A stretch of DNA of 63,973 bases, counting the filler, from Klebsormidium nitens (taxonomy: Eukaryota > Plantae > Klebsormidiophyceae): the NCBI GenBank assembly GCA_000708835.1. It is 7 parts of 7 records of this genome, joined end to end, with 100 filler letters (N's around TTAATTAATTAA, not from the genome) between each part and the next. Parts side by side here need not be neighbours in the genome. Positions count along the whole stretch, not along the records: positions 1 to 29,944 come from DF237535.1; 6 more parts are not named here. One strand, given 5' to 3'. Below the pieces are notes generated by a model, which ran no database searches, was not told the origin of the DNA, and saw only the letters and a program-made list of their open reading frames with translations. Of this stretch, positions 1-13,819 are shown one piece after another; position 1 is the stretch's first letter; the number at the start of each line of letters is the position of its first letter. Position numbers and translations under genes: made by a program.

Positions 1-1349
1 GGCTTAACCAGTCGTAATCGTTACAGTGGGTTGCTCGAAGTTTGAACCTCCAGAGCGTAAAGGGAAGCTTGCCCGTAAAAGCTTGAAAGGTAGGCACTTT
101 GCAGGATTCAAGTGGGCGCTTTGGAATCCAACCGTTCTATCTTCGCTGTCGCCTTTTGAAGTTGTCCGATGTATCGTGAGCCACGGGTGAGCGACGTTCC
201 CTGTTACCCTTCTGAAACTTAGAATCTGGTTTTGGTCACGCCCTTTATTGCACATGTTCTCATGCATGGTTGGCCTTGAGGAGCCATTGAGGCTCTTATT
301 GGTATGGATTAGTTTCGACAAGGCAATTGGCATCTCTTATCTGTCAGACGATATGATCGTGCGTCTTCTTTTTGCGTACGATTACCGCAACCCTTAGCTT
401 GGTGTCGAGCTGGCGCCTTTCTCTTGGACCTTTCAAGACTTCTGTAACATGTCGCAGGCTGGTTTTCAACTCAAAAGCTGTCCGAGTATGTAGCTTGACT
501 TGCCGCGATTGACGGTTTTGCATGTATACGGAGCCACAGTGCGGTCGACGGCTAGAGGCGCAAAGCCAGCGTATTTGCGCGGATAAAAATCATACAATTG
601 CAGCTTAACGACCCTTCCGAACGACCAAGTGCTGTCGTCTACATGCGCTCGTCGCTGACTACTTGCTGTCTGTTTCGCGTCCGTTGTCTGTTTCCAGGAT
701 TGGCCCTTTGAAGTGCTAATGCTTGTGCTTTTCTGCGTGAACGGGTCGACTCGTCTCCTCTGTGTGCTTGTATCTGTCTAAAAGCAAATGTGAGTTGAAC
801 ATAAACATATATCGTCTTTGAGGACCTTGAAGGGCCCTCATATCAGATTGTTGTCGTCATTGCTTGGATCCCTAACAACCAATCCAGCGACCTCAGAGTT
901 AATCGCGGAGCCCCGCCGGCCGCTTCTCCGCACTGATCTTAAAGAAAGTGCTCAATTCTGGATGAACCACCGCCCTTCCTTGAGTTTGAGAACCAGTCGC
1001 CCCTTATCATCTGCATCCATTCCGCGGGCTTCGTCGAAGTGTCATGCGTGCGAAGTTTGAACCGCTTCCGCGAGCAAAGTTTAGGTTATTCCCCGACCGT
1101 CTCTACGTGAGTCTCCAGATACAAGGCCTTGATGGATTGCCCCTCGAGCTGCGCCGCCCGTTCAAACAGCGCAATCATGACAGTCTCGTTGAAATATGGG
1201 CAACGGACGCCATCAAGCCTGCCTGCATCATCCTGCATGCTACTTTCTTGTCTCTGTATGCCCCGCTTCGTGCGCCGCTCTTGCGCAGCGGAGCAGCGAG
1301 ATGCTCAGTCAAGGCCTCGCTAGTCTGACCACGTGTACGGTCGCCCTCT

Positions 1350-3330
1350 GTGTATCTCAGATCGCCACCGACAATACGCATGCCACGTGGTCTCTTTCTT
1401 GGGGGTTTTGCATGCAGAATCAAAAAGCCACTGGCTGGGACTTCATTGTAATCTTCCTTAGCTCTCAGTCGTAGATTTCGTGCCCATTAATCTAGCCACA
1501 CTGTCTCTCAAATACCATTGATTGAAACTTTTGCTGAGGTGGGTGGCTGGGACTCGATCTCCACGGGCTCCTCGAGTGCCCACTCATCATCATTCTGACC
1601 AGCATCTGACGCCACCATCAGTCGGGCCCGTTCGTTGATCCCCTGCTGGAAACTATCCAAGCTTTGTACGTTAGGCTGCTAGAGAATCGTAATCCTGCTT
1701 TTGGCCCGGGTCGTTGAACAATTGCGCTGGTACATTCTCGGGGAACTCGAATGCACGGTCTTCGTAGAGCTCGGACAGCCAGCCCCATGTGTTACAAGTG
1801 TAGTTGCTTCCAACGGAAGGACGCGTTACGGCATGCGTTGTTCATCCCGATTCCATTTGCCGTGCGCCGTTTGTATGAGGCCACTGAAGTGCTTCTCTGG
1901 TAGTGCTTATCTGAGCCGGATTCACGTGTACATCTGTTAGTGACTTTTCATGACTTCGATTGAACTGCTTGTTCCTAAGGAAGTTCTTATTGGTTTGAAG
2001 CCGTTCGCGAAAGTCAAGTAGCCAGGTAACGCCTGGATAATTTCGATCCTTGTACTTTGTACGTTCTTTGGAACGTAGCCTGGCAGTGAGTCGGGGCCCC
2101 TTGCAAACGAGAACTAGCTAGAGGTCGTGTCTCAGTCAGTCTCGTGGTCCCCTCGTGGTGATTGCCCTCCGAAGCCCGACTTAGCGGGCCGAATGCCGTG
2201 CAGCTCTCTAAGTTCTGGATGGTCATAGGTTACATTTGAGGTCCATATTCACGTCCTGACTACCTGAGACACTCAATTGCGGGGTTACCTATGGGAGGAT
2301 GCTTTCTCCATCTCAAATCTGTCTTTTAAGGGGCACCGGCCGGCTGTGAAGATTCCAATCCGTGTGGGCTTTCCCGAAAGAATGGCGTAGCCCACCGGTA
2401 TTGGTCGAAGGAAAAGTCTGAAGCCATGTATCTTTGTAAAAGATATCCAAGCATCCATTAGCACGGTGGACTCAAGCGCTTGCCTTGTGCTTTTCTCGGC
2501 TCAACGGACTCTAGCTACGTACTCAATTCAAAGGCGGGCATCAGTGGCAGATTATGCAACAAAATGTCGGGCCGTTCGGGCAAACGGCTTTCCATGAGCC
2601 TGATCTTGCTGAGACCGTCTATTCCTGATTTGGCTTGTCCGCTTGCGTCCTCGCTCTGCTTCCTGCTGGTCTTCTCCGACCAATCAAGTCCGTCAAAGCA
2701 GGGCTAGCTCCGGCTTTCCGCCACAATATTTGGAGGTTGGAATACTTGGCCCAGAGACACAGTTGGTCCTCAAACCCGTTTCGTGTTGGAGCCGAGGCGT
2801 TCTATGCAGGATTCCGCCCCTGCGTGCCTGGTCAAGAAACAGCTCACTTGGTTGATAATGCCACCTACTATTAAAAATCGAGATATTTACCCGTTTCAAC
2901 AAGGCACGTAATCCGTGAGTCGCGATTCTGAAACATCTCGTTGTTGCATCTGGACGTAGTCTGTTCTCCATCCTGTTCTCAACCCTGTTCTAGCCAAATA
3001 TTATTTGTACAAGTTGCTCGTGGCCTTGATCGACTTGCCACAAAACGAGCAATGTCTCAATGGACAGAAGCTCCGGGCCGACCTGATGCCACCAGGGTTG
3101 GACCAGTACGGCCCTGTATTGCGTATTTGCGCTTTCAGAAGCTTCAATGAATCATATCGTTTCGTGCGACGTGTGCTTCCTAGGTGCTGGTCTCAAACCT
3201 CGAATCAAACTCTTCCGGTTACGATTAAAAGCCGTCCTGATTTGAGGAACCTAGGCCCACCGGATATGGCGCGGCCGTCCGCTTCTCCACTTGACTGTTC
3301 GTCCGGAGTTTTGTCTATGATGACTTGACA
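1350..3330. repeat. Copy I of a decayed multi-kb paralogous repeat family (probably a pseudogenised gene family)
   Basis: Shares anchors with the other copies: GGCGTAGCCCAC at 2384 (also 8329, 11398), CCTGGTCAAGAA near 2827 and 8777, and an exact 17-mer CCGACCTGATGCCACCA at 3078 and 8979. No long ORF in any frame. Boundaries approximate. Confidence 0.55.
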
Positions 3331-6300
3331 TGGCGGGGGCACTCTCTTGCCATGGTTTTTCGAGGAAGTGGATTGGATGTCAGAGGCAACTCAAGAAACT
3401 TTGATGGTTTTGCATCCTTCCTAATGTGAGTGCTTGATAGAGAGAGCGGGGCTTCAGATTCGTCACAATTCTGGATTTCTCATCTCTCCACGTTTACGAC
3501 CTGACCTGTACAGTTCTGCTTCCGGTAGCTTTGTTTGGGGCGTGCAGCGCAGATTGTAATACTTTCAGCCCGCAAAGCCTCTGCTTTGGAACTGCCTATG
3601 GAAGGGTCGCGTGATCTTTGAAAAGCCTGGCCGGCCCAGCCAAAACGTGACGCTTGTCAACGTTCATGACCGCCCCTCCTTGCTTCTTAATAAGCATTTC
3701 TTTGTTTTCAACTGCGGGGAAGAAAGCGTGTTGAGGTAGGCAATAAATATCCGCACCAAGTGTGGTACGTAGCCTCCGGCGGCCACTTGCTCGGCGCCGG
3801 TCCAGTCTCAGCACGTGTAAAGTGGACCGTGAAGTGACGTCGAATGTACACTTCGGTTCTGATTTCCATCTAAGCCCCCCAGATCCGAACTTGCAGTCGC
3901 AGGCAGCTCGGAGTCGGACACCTTTGCAAATCACCCGGCGTGTGTTTCTTATACTTGGAATTTGACGTGGGCGAACCCCTCCTTCGCGGCGACCTCAGGC
4001 CTGATGTGCCACCTTAGCAGTCGCCGCTGGCATGCACTGGCAAGACCACGTTGGTTGACGCACGAATGTGAAAGTTTGGATCTCTTCCCGCATCCTACTT
4101 CGCGATCTGAAATGCGACGAGCGCATTGAAGGTCATTGCAATCGGCCCCTTTAAAATCTGAATCTGCGTAGTGGAGCTTCTTGTACGGCTGACCTGGCTC
4201 TTAGGCTGGATCGATTCGATGAAAGCCTGACGACTTTGGTGCACAGCCCGTCACTGTGACGTGATACCACTCCCTTGCTGGGCTTCTAGATCGATTTGAC
4301 TGCGGGCATCACGTTAGCCTGTTCTTTGACTCGCTTTCATGTACCGTGTGAATGGCTCCTATTTCTGAGAATATTGCCCAGACAAAGTAAGAAGGCTCCT
4401 TGTACAAATCTTGCTTTGCTTGCTTGTATTGATGCACTTTTCTGAAACACTTCGCTTCTCGAACTGGCTATGAGCAGCGCGAGGTTAATTCCTCATTGGT
4501 ACTCCTGGTCTTCGTCGATGTGATGCCAACAAGAACGTCGAAGCGCTCTGGACAAGGCAATCAACAAAAGACCACACTTGCCATACAACCGCTTGGCGGT
4601 AAGGAGTCGGCAATCAAGGCTCTGCTTGTGCTTTTCACCACCACCCGTTCCTTTGGTGCTTTCTGCCCAGGGCCGGGGGTGCCCGGCCGCCTTATTGCAC
4701 GATTGCCTCCCCAACCTACCCAAATTTGTCTCAGATTGGCGACACTGCATGGCACTTTCGGTGGAAAGCTTCAGCTTGATCGTGGAACTTCAGCTTCAAT
4801 GCCTTGCATTCATTTTTGCCTTGGCAAAAGACAGGAAACAACTGGACAGCGTTCAGCCACAGTTTTCAGTCTGAGCAGCATCCGGTGCATATGTGGGCGC
4901 GGTAGTTCGTTCCATTCGTTATCGTTCGCTGGGGTCCCTTTAAAAGTTTCAAGGCCTGAATGATTCGCGAGAAAGTTTTGACGGTTGCTTAAAAAGACTG
5001 CTTGGAAAGTTGAGTCAGCCGAAGCAGTGCAAACCGTTTAGGTTTACGGTGATTCGTGGCCCAAGTGCCTGACCAGAAACTCAAGTTTGTGTGTGATTTC
5101 GGCCTTTGACTTGAAAGAATCGAGTTGACTTTGCAATGTCAATTCAACTTTGTGTTGACGACTCCTCCACTTAATGGAACGGCGTGTCTCACATTTAACA
5201 CTATAGATGCCAGCGGCAGTTTTGCGGCAATGACGCTCAACAGGTTGGCCGCTTCTAGCTGGCATTGATCACCGGTCCTCAAGTTGATCTTTATTCGGAA
5301 GCTGCCGTTCGATGTCACGCATCTTTCTGGCCGCATTCTTCTACGTGCCCGGAAAGCGTTGCTTGATTCATGGATCTCTTGATCAGACCGTACGACTTTC
5401 CGATACAATTTCTTGCGTGAGCTGAACCCTTTGCGTGTCGGATTTTGCTAGCTAGCCGCCAGTAATCAGGCGGGACTATCTTAGCGTATGTCGTCTTTAT
5501 GAAACCAGGCTGATGAGTAGTACTAAAGCTTTTAATCGGCCAAGATCAGATTGTCCGTGGAGTTGTTCTTCTCGTGGGCCTTCCGTTTCGGCCCACGAGA
5601 ATCGGAAGGCTCTAAGTCGGGTGTTGTGCGGAGAAGGTGAATGTCTCGTCGCATCTTGAGCAACTGGAGTCGAGCCCCGTCGTGCAGAGTGGTCGGCTCC
5701 GTCCTGCGTGATTCGTGCTTACAGTTGCATGCTAGAATTCTCATTGAATTCGATGACCCGCGTTCGGAGAGCTGGCGCTAGTTGCCTCTACGAAAGCTTG
5801 GGTGGCCGCAGAGCATCAGCCTCTACGGTTGTACCTCGTTCAAACCGGTGTCGTCCAACGGCAAACAAAGGGCAGACATTAAACAAGAATTGCCAGTGTG
5901 TGTCGGCTTGTTGTGACCATGCTCGGCAGCCGGATCAAGGGCCACGTGGTTTTTTCGAGACGCATTTGAGTCATTTAGACGGCCAGTGTTGTTAGCGGGA
6001 ATTTCCAGTGCAATCTTGGGAACTGCCCCACAGCACTATTGGCCTAGTGCGCCCGAACTTTCACTCGACGTCTTTGTCGACATATAGCCTGGCAGTGACG
6101 AACTCCTTCGAAACGGGAAATTAAGCCCCGACTCTCAATCCAGGGGAATTTCGCTCAGAGCCTTGCTTTCGCTTTCTGCAAACAGCCTGGTCTTTACTGA
6201 AGCAATGTTGGTGGATGAGTATATGTCGAGTCCCGCGGGTACATCGGGAAAGACAACTTGGCGGTCTGGCCCTGTGTTGTCGAATTTTGTTAGCTATTTA

Positions 6301-7259
6301 TCCATCAAACCCAGGTCTTGCTCCGGTGTTCTGGAGTCCCCCTCCGATCCAGAGCCGGGACTAATATCCCAGAGTCGTTTTCTAATCTAGCGTCAGAGCC
6401 CCAATCTTACGCTGTGCATTCTGACACTGTGGGGCTGGTTGACTGAAGGACACAGCCCAAACGATTGAGGAGCTCGCACCTTTTGAGTCTTGATAACTAT
6501 CTTTCCGAGCAGAACAGAAGTCCTTGATGTACCCTCTGACGGCGCCAGGCTTGCACGGACATGCGTACTCCAATCATTGACCGTTTCAAGTTCCTCGTGG
6601 ATGTTATTACTGCACGTACAAATTTCTTGGGTATGATTATATTTCCCTTGAGGAGTGTCTCACTAAAGACGCAAAAAAGACCGGACTGATCATGGAGCCA
6701 CGTCCACCCTCGACCGGTTTCTCTCAGTTCTGCCTAGGATCAATATGTGGGCTCCTCGAAGATTCTGCCCATATCTTGTCGGTGGGTGACGGCGTCATCA
6801 GCTTCGTCTAAACGGCGCCTTCGGATACTAATCTTGCAGTCATGATGCTGGACTTGATTACCAACTTGAGCTTCTCGATTGACAATTTCGATCAATGCTG
6901 CCTGCAAGATCCCGAACGTGCATGGTTATCCAGCGACCAGTAGCTGGCAGATGCTAAGTTGATACTTTGTGGGAACTTTGCTCCCGGACCCCCAACTGCA
7001 GATCAGATAGTAGAATGCGCAAACACCGGGGCACGAAGACGCGCGGGCTGCCATTTAAGGCAAATTTAAGGTGTAACTTTGGTTATCAAGTACTGAAAAC
7101 GTTCAGTGTAGTAGGTTGATCAGGAACGAACGGCTGGCGAACTATATGTGGGCTCCGGCATTATTAAACTTCGCCGAAACAATTCCTCAGTTTTGAGACC
7201 CAGCCTGAAGCTCAGTGCGAGCGCCCGCTCTCACAAACGTGTGTAAGTGCGCGACTCTG

Positions 7260-9000
7260 AACCTATCCTTTGTGCAAATGTGCTTTTCTCCTGCTGTCTT
7301 CAGAGATCACTGAGCGAAGTCTGTTTAAAAGGGATGTGCACTTGCGGCTACTTTAAGGCTACCTTACTTTTAGGAGAAAAGGCTCTGACGAGTCCCCATT
7401 GGCTGAATCGCGCACTTAAAAGCGCGACGCCAACCTTGGTGCCCACATCCACGGATGCCTTTAGAATCTGTCAATCTCCTGCGTACTTTTTTCCAATATT
7501 TTTCGTCCGCTGATTTGCGGAAGCGGACGAAAATGGCTCCACTCGGCTTCCGCAATGGAGTCGCAACGCCCGTCGGACGTACGATCGGAATTGCCGTCGG
7601 GGCTGCGTACGCCACACCGAGACGCTCTCGTTCTGCGATTCTTTGCTTGGAGCTTCTCAAATTACAATGGTCTCCATTCTCAGCTTTAAATGGTCTCAAT
7701 GGGGGACCGCTTGCCGTAGGACTAAAAAGCTCGACAGCCCTCTTGAGGTGCCGCCCATTTTGGACAAAAATCCAATTTTAGACTGCTTGCGTGAAAAACT
7801 TTTGAAGCCGCACGCTGAGATACTCATAAGCAGGTGCTCCGAGATCTTCCGTGTGCCCTTCACTAGTTGCTGGCTGTGATCGAAGAGCTCCTCGCAAAGA
7901 CTGAGAGTCAGAGCACCGTCTCTCAGACCTTCTGGTCGTTTTCGGAGCCTGAGCCATCCATCTGGGCGGCATGACGTGTGGCTGACGTTCATCCAGGCGG
8001 GCCACGCGCGTCGAGGCTTAGTAGCCTCCTTGCAATCCAACCAGTGTGTCACGTCGCGCTTCTTTTGAAGCTTGGGGTCAGGCATGTGTTTGGCATTTAT
8101 TTGTTCCTTTGAATGTAAGCAATGGCAGCTTACAGTCAATGACGGTCCAACCGCATGCCCTGACCTCCAGGCGTTTCTGCAAGAGCGCAAAGCGTGCAAG
8201 ATGTGGTGCCGGACTAGCGAAGCCAATTAATTAACGTCTGCTCCGATACGTAGATCCTTCATTCCCGGTTTTGCATGGGCTGTGAGGAGTCGCACCCGTG
8301 ATGTGATGGGCTGCCCTAGAAATTAACGGGCGTAGCCCACTTCTCGTGGAACGAGTCCATGATCCGGAAGCCCTCACACCTGTTCGTGTGAGGCAGCGGC
8401 AGTATAAAGTTGCATATGATGTAGCAAGGTGGATCCATTCAAGCGCCGGACGCTAGGACTTTCACCTCCATGATGATCAAAACTGTCTAGTTGCTCACTC
8501 AAACGCGCAGGAGAAACGCGGCAAATTAGGTACAGTCAATCACCTGAATGAAAAGCGCGTCGCTCTCGAAACGATACGGGGCCTAATATAGCCACTCTTT
8601 CTTGGAACCAAGTGATCATGATATGACGGTCGGCTCTCAGGCTCTGGTTCGGCCCCGGTTCGGGTACGTTGGAGTCGCGCCCTCACTGGCAGCTAGCACT
8701 GTTTATGCCCCAAGCTGTTGGTCTCCCTTTTCTGTCCGTCTGGAGCCCCGGCGTTCTGTGCAATTCTACTGCGGGCCTGGTCAAGAAGGAGTTCTCCTTC
8801 CTCTTAAACTTGATAATAGTTCAGACCCTAGCAGCCAAGTCCGATATATCGTACTATCTTCTGATTACATGGACGTACGCACTCTGGTTTTGACCGCAAA
8901 AAGACTTTCATGGTACCGAGGTACTCGGCTGTGATCAGATCACCTTGAGCAGTCTCATTTAGGCTTCGAGCGCTACTTCCGACCTGATGCCACCATGACT
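7260..9000. repeat. Copy II of the decayed repeat family
   Basis: Colinear with 13820-15480: CTGCTGTCTTCAGA start (GTGCTGTCTTCAGA in copy IV), GGGGGACCGCTTGCCGTAG (~7702), CCTGAGCCATCCATCTG (7948; also 13024, 14523), GCAGCCAAG...TGGACGTA (~8831 vs ~15421). Stops and frameshifts in all frames. Confidence 0.75.
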
Positions 9001-12000
9001 CAACGTGTCGGCTTGATTCCGGCCCAGGATTATGCGTGCTTCTGTGCATTTTGAGCGTACTAAATTTCTGATGTATGCGTGATGAAGGCCTCGGCACCAG
9101 CTTCTCTCAAACCGCACTTGAAGATTCTGCTTGCAAACTTGAGGCATAGCAGTCACATCGTCCTTCTAAGATGAATTCCTGGGTCGAGTTCACCCGATGA
9201 AGTGCTCATTAGTCTATTTTCTGACTTTTCTTGCCGACTTCGCACCTTTTTGCCAGCTCTGTATGATGTCGTGCCGTTGTGCAAGTAACTTGCGGATCTA
9301 CCACGTACCGCGAGGGCTGTCAGATGATCTGCGAGTGGATTTCTCTTGTGAAGCTTAAGTTAATGAAGGGCCAGGAATTGTTAGTATCGATACATCCAAC
9401 TTTATACCCGACTTCGTCACTAACGCAAATATTGCGTGTAATATGTTTCCACTTGGTCCCCTTCACCATAAGGTCGGTCAAACTTTTCAGCCCTCTTTGT
9501 GGGACTGCCAAGATTTCACGAAACAGCTTTTCCCACGGATCTTTTACCACGGATCTGTGTCCATGTGGGTGATCACTTGAAGTGACGGTGGGGCAGTTTC
9601 TCATCATCACTACAAAGCTATGGTTATCCGAGCAGACGTCAGAGACAGATAGAAAGAACAACACTGCTTTGTAAGCTTGCTTTGATTCATTGAAAGAGGC
9701 TTTGGAGGCTTGATTGTCTATCTGAATCGGCAGCAGAGATTTGAGGCCAGCCCTTAACCAGTTTTCCGTAAAACAGCGCGTTCTTGATCATGCCAACTGA
9801 TAAGTTCAAGAAGTCGTTTTAAAGCTTTCTGTAGGATTGAATCGTGAGTCGGGTTCAACCTTGGCTTTTAAAATACACTATCAGGGCTCTGCCTCATTAA
9901 AAGCTGGTGCTTTTATCCTTTTCTACAACCTCATCAAGATATTTGAATGTTGCCGCCTCATTGATCTGCTCCAAAAGTTTCTTAGGTTCGGCGCCGGATT
10001 CCAAAGTCAAACACCCGTGGCTTGATCCAGTAAGCTCTTGACATCGAGCTCGCAAGATCAAGTCTATCAATAAGGGTGAAGTATGACCGGAAAGCGGCCC
10101 AGTATGGCCATGAATGGCAGTGCTTACGGTTGTCCATCCGTTTCAGAAGTTCGCAGAGAAAATGTTTATTGACTCGGAATTCTCGACGCCTGTTGACTGT
10201 CTAAGCAAGCTTCTTTTGTTTGCTTGTGAAGATTGCTCGTATATTCAACCAAAGCTCGATCAGCAGTACCTGGTGCGATGAAAAGCTCTGTCTCCCGATG
10301 GGCCTGCCCAGAAACTGTACACGACTGTAAGGTTGTTGTTCTGGCCGGCGGCTGCGGCCAGGACGAAGCGCCTTCTGTGTTGCGAGGGGCCTTATATCGC
10401 GATACCATTTGATTTTCTTCTTAAGGAAGTCCTTTCAACCGGGTTCCAGCTTCCAACCGGTTGTGTGAGCCCCGTTTCCGTCTTATGAGATCGCCTGTAA
10501 GTTTTCGAAGCAGTGCAAACAGGACTGGTCTCTTACTTTAGCGCGTGAACCCGAATCTTTTGCCTTGCCGCCCACCATCGTTTTCTCTCAGCCTGCGAAA
10601 ACACTCTCCGTCTGTCCTAATCAATTTTAAAGTTTTGACACCCTCATGGAACCGTGGCCGGGATTGGAGGGCTTTGAACTGAGAAGCGCACTCACTGCGC
10701 CCTCTGCCAAAGATGATGAGCCACTTAGCGGAGGCAACACAATGGGTTCCAAAATAGACCCTACTATCTGGTAGCGCAGTGCGTCCTCTTTTCCACAAGT
10801 TGTTTTCGATCAGAGCAATTGTTCTTTCTCATGTACATGCCCAGCTTGTTGAAAATGATTCTGAATTGCCACGTCTGCTTCAAGTTGCATCCGGGTGTTA
10901 AGTTATAGGACGGTCATTCGGGCACTGTGGCAATGGCGAAGTCTTGCATGGCCATCTGGCCAATGGTCGGTGGCCACCCTTTGTTCCACAGACTGAGCCG
11001 TTGTAGCTTCTAGATAACAATTGCGTCCCCAAGATTCTGGCTTCCACTAGAGTGCCATTCCGACTGTTTTTCCTGATTGCCATGTCTAGGAGGCTACGAT
11101 GACGTGCGTGGTTCTGGTAACTCAAATATGTATCCAGTCAATTCGAGGAGCATTGAGGTCTAGATGCCAAACTGCATTCATTCATAATTACACGAATTAT
11201 GACGCTTTCCGTCCCGTTTTTTGGGAAGGGATTGAGTATTTGAACTTGTTCGTCGCTCGTCTCTCCGAATTGCCTCTATTTGATGCTTGATCAGCCACGT
11301 ACGCCGAATTCTGGTCCCCAGACTCTTGTTACACCCTTCTGCCTTCCTTGCGCACCGGCTGTGAGAAAGGGCCAGCAAGTGGGATGTCTAACGAAGGGGC
11401 GTAGCCCACTGGCTCAGATGAAATATTTTGATGCCATGTGTACGCGCATATTTCTCTGCTGTCACTGGCTCTGCGTGCGCTCGCCCACCAGTGATCACAT
11501 AGAAGACAAGTCCTGAGCTCAGCTGCTGCTGACTTGCGAGAATGCCTTCCGTACGAGCTGGAGGGCTCCTGTGATTAAACAAGCTTGAGGGTCTTCATCT
11601 TGGACGGAACGTCCTTGAAAGGGCGGATCCTGGGCGGAACGGAGTGACTTTTCACTGTAGTCTGAATCTAGTGCAGAGCAAGCCGGCCTGGCCGTCGATG
11701 GCTGCACTCTTTCCAGAGCGTCAAATTCCCATGAAATAGTCGGAGAGCTGGGCCGTTCTTGCCAGTCACTTCGCTTTTCACCATCCCGGCGGCTCGCTTT
11801 GTAATTTCACAGATTGGCACCGTTTTTTCCATCGTACCTCCAGTTGACACCTAGGTTTGTCTTTGAAGCGCAGATTCTCGTGACCTGGTGGGCGTCGAAG
11901 CGCCCTTATATCTGTGGACTCTGGCAGGCTCGCTCATGCGACGTCCAGCCTTCTCGCGGATGCGAATGGCCCGGCAATCCAGCCGTGCTAACGTTGTTAG

Positions 12001-12639
12001 CTGGAATTTGACCCTTCGCTCACTCGAGATGCAAGTGTGGTCCTTACTGCGGCTTGATATTTGATTGGAGCTGTGGATCCTTCAGATTGAGCTCAATCTG
12101 ACGAGCTACGAAATGCTCCACTGTGGCTGTGATTCAACCCTTAGGTGATGGCGGTTCCGCCACGGTTCATCTTGCAATTGGAAGTTTTGATGCCACTTGT
12201 ACGTCTGTTTGCGTTTTTCTGCTCAGGCAAATTTTGTTCCCAGACGGTAGGCATCAGTGTCTGCATTGCAAGCGGGTTTTAGTAAGGGTAGAGTTCTTCC
12301 ACCATTTTGAAGGTAGTCCACAACAACTTAAATTTGATTCGGTATACTCTAGTAGACCAGGCAATTCACTTCCGCTTGGCTCCGGTGAAGTAATTAAGGC
12401 TCAGTCGATGCAAGCTGGAACCTCGTTCGCTCTGCAAGGGACCTGCCATGTAGGGCGCAGATCGCTGTGGAGTTGTGCACACTTTTCCCGAGTCCGGTGT
12501 AGTTCGGCTGTGAAGAAGTGGAGCTCATCTGGGCAGAATCTCGCTCGAGCCTCCTGAGCGGGAGCCCAGTACCTCTAGGGACTGCTCTTACTGAGCCCTC
12601 GTCGTCTGTGATCCAGTTTCAGGGTTTAGAAGCCCGTCT

Positions 12640-13620
12640 TGCAGGTTATGAGTAATATGCAGGATAGATTTGCCGTCGGGATTGCGCACGCCACACGGTG
12701 ACAGTCTTGTTCTGAAAGATCTCTGCGTAGTTCTAAGTTCTCAATCTTGCGAGGTACTTCAACGGGGGGCCGCTTGCCGTAGGATTCGAAGCTCGACAGC
12801 CGTTTCGAGGTGCCACCCACTGTTGAACAGATGTTCCCCAGCTTTGGACGGCTTGTTATAAAGGAACGAAATACAAGATTTTTAGGCTGCACGCTGAGAA
12901 CCTTAGAAGCATGTGTCTTCACATCGTACTTGTGCTCTTTATTCCTTGTCGGCTTTGATCGAGGAGCTCCTTGCAAAGGCTGAGAGTTAAAGCACCGTCG
13001 CTCAGTCCTTGTCACGCTCGGTGCCTGAGCCATCCATCTGGGCGACATGACGAGTGGTCGACGTCCATTGCAGCGGGCCATGCACACGCGTCGGCGCTTA
13101 CCAGCTTCCTTGAAACTTGAATGTGTAACGCCGCGCTTCTGAAGCGCTCAGGAACGGCCTTGATATATCGTGCTTGTTGTTTTACCTTGAAAGCTCGTCG
13201 CTTGATTTCATGTAAGAACTAACAGCACGGCTTTACCCCGAGCTCGAGGGTTCATTTATGTCGAAGCGCAAGATGTAGGGCCTGCTACGTGCGAGGCTGA
13301 CTCTGTCCGTGTCCCACCTCTTCATCCCCTTTATGCATGGGTTGTGAGGATCGAGAGCCCGTATGGGCTGCTCCGAAAAGTGCGTAGCTCACAGCGGCTG
13401 TTAAATCTGAAGCCTTTACGTTTGTGGGCGCGAGTAGCGGCGGCAGCAAGTAGCAAATTGGGTGTGAGCGCTTTCGGTGTCGAGCTACCCGGATCCATGA
13501 TCAAAGCTTTTGCTCGCTTCGTGGTGGGCATTGGCGGCGGTCCCGCAACCTGCTGCAGACGCGAATATTGCTCTTTGAAGGCAATAACATTGTTCCCCCT
13601 AGCTTCACATAGCTTGCAGG
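12640..13620. repeat. Copy III (partial) of the decayed repeat family
   Basis: GGGGGCCGCTTGCCGTAG (~12765), CCTGAGCCATCCATCTG (13024), GGCATTGGCGGCGGTCCCGCAA (13527, identical at 15027). Confidence 0.8.
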
Positions 13621-13819
13621 TCCTTTTTGAACCGACATGGATAAAGTACTTCAGTTATGCTGAAGGCTTGTGTCGAGTACGGCTGGCGCAATGCAAAAGT
13701 AGCCGCATGTGGGCTTGGGTATAAGTTGGACTTTTCCGACATTCGCTGAGTTCGCAGCCCCAGCTCGAGGCTAAAACAAGCGCGCCGTCTCTAGCAAACG
13801 TCTGTAAGTGCGCTATTGC

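Noticed and set aside
3400-7200. Short ORFs in 3.4-7.2 kb (and 9.2-12.6 kb)
   Set aside because: Possibly decayed coding DNA, but no family motif or repeat anchor that I could support.
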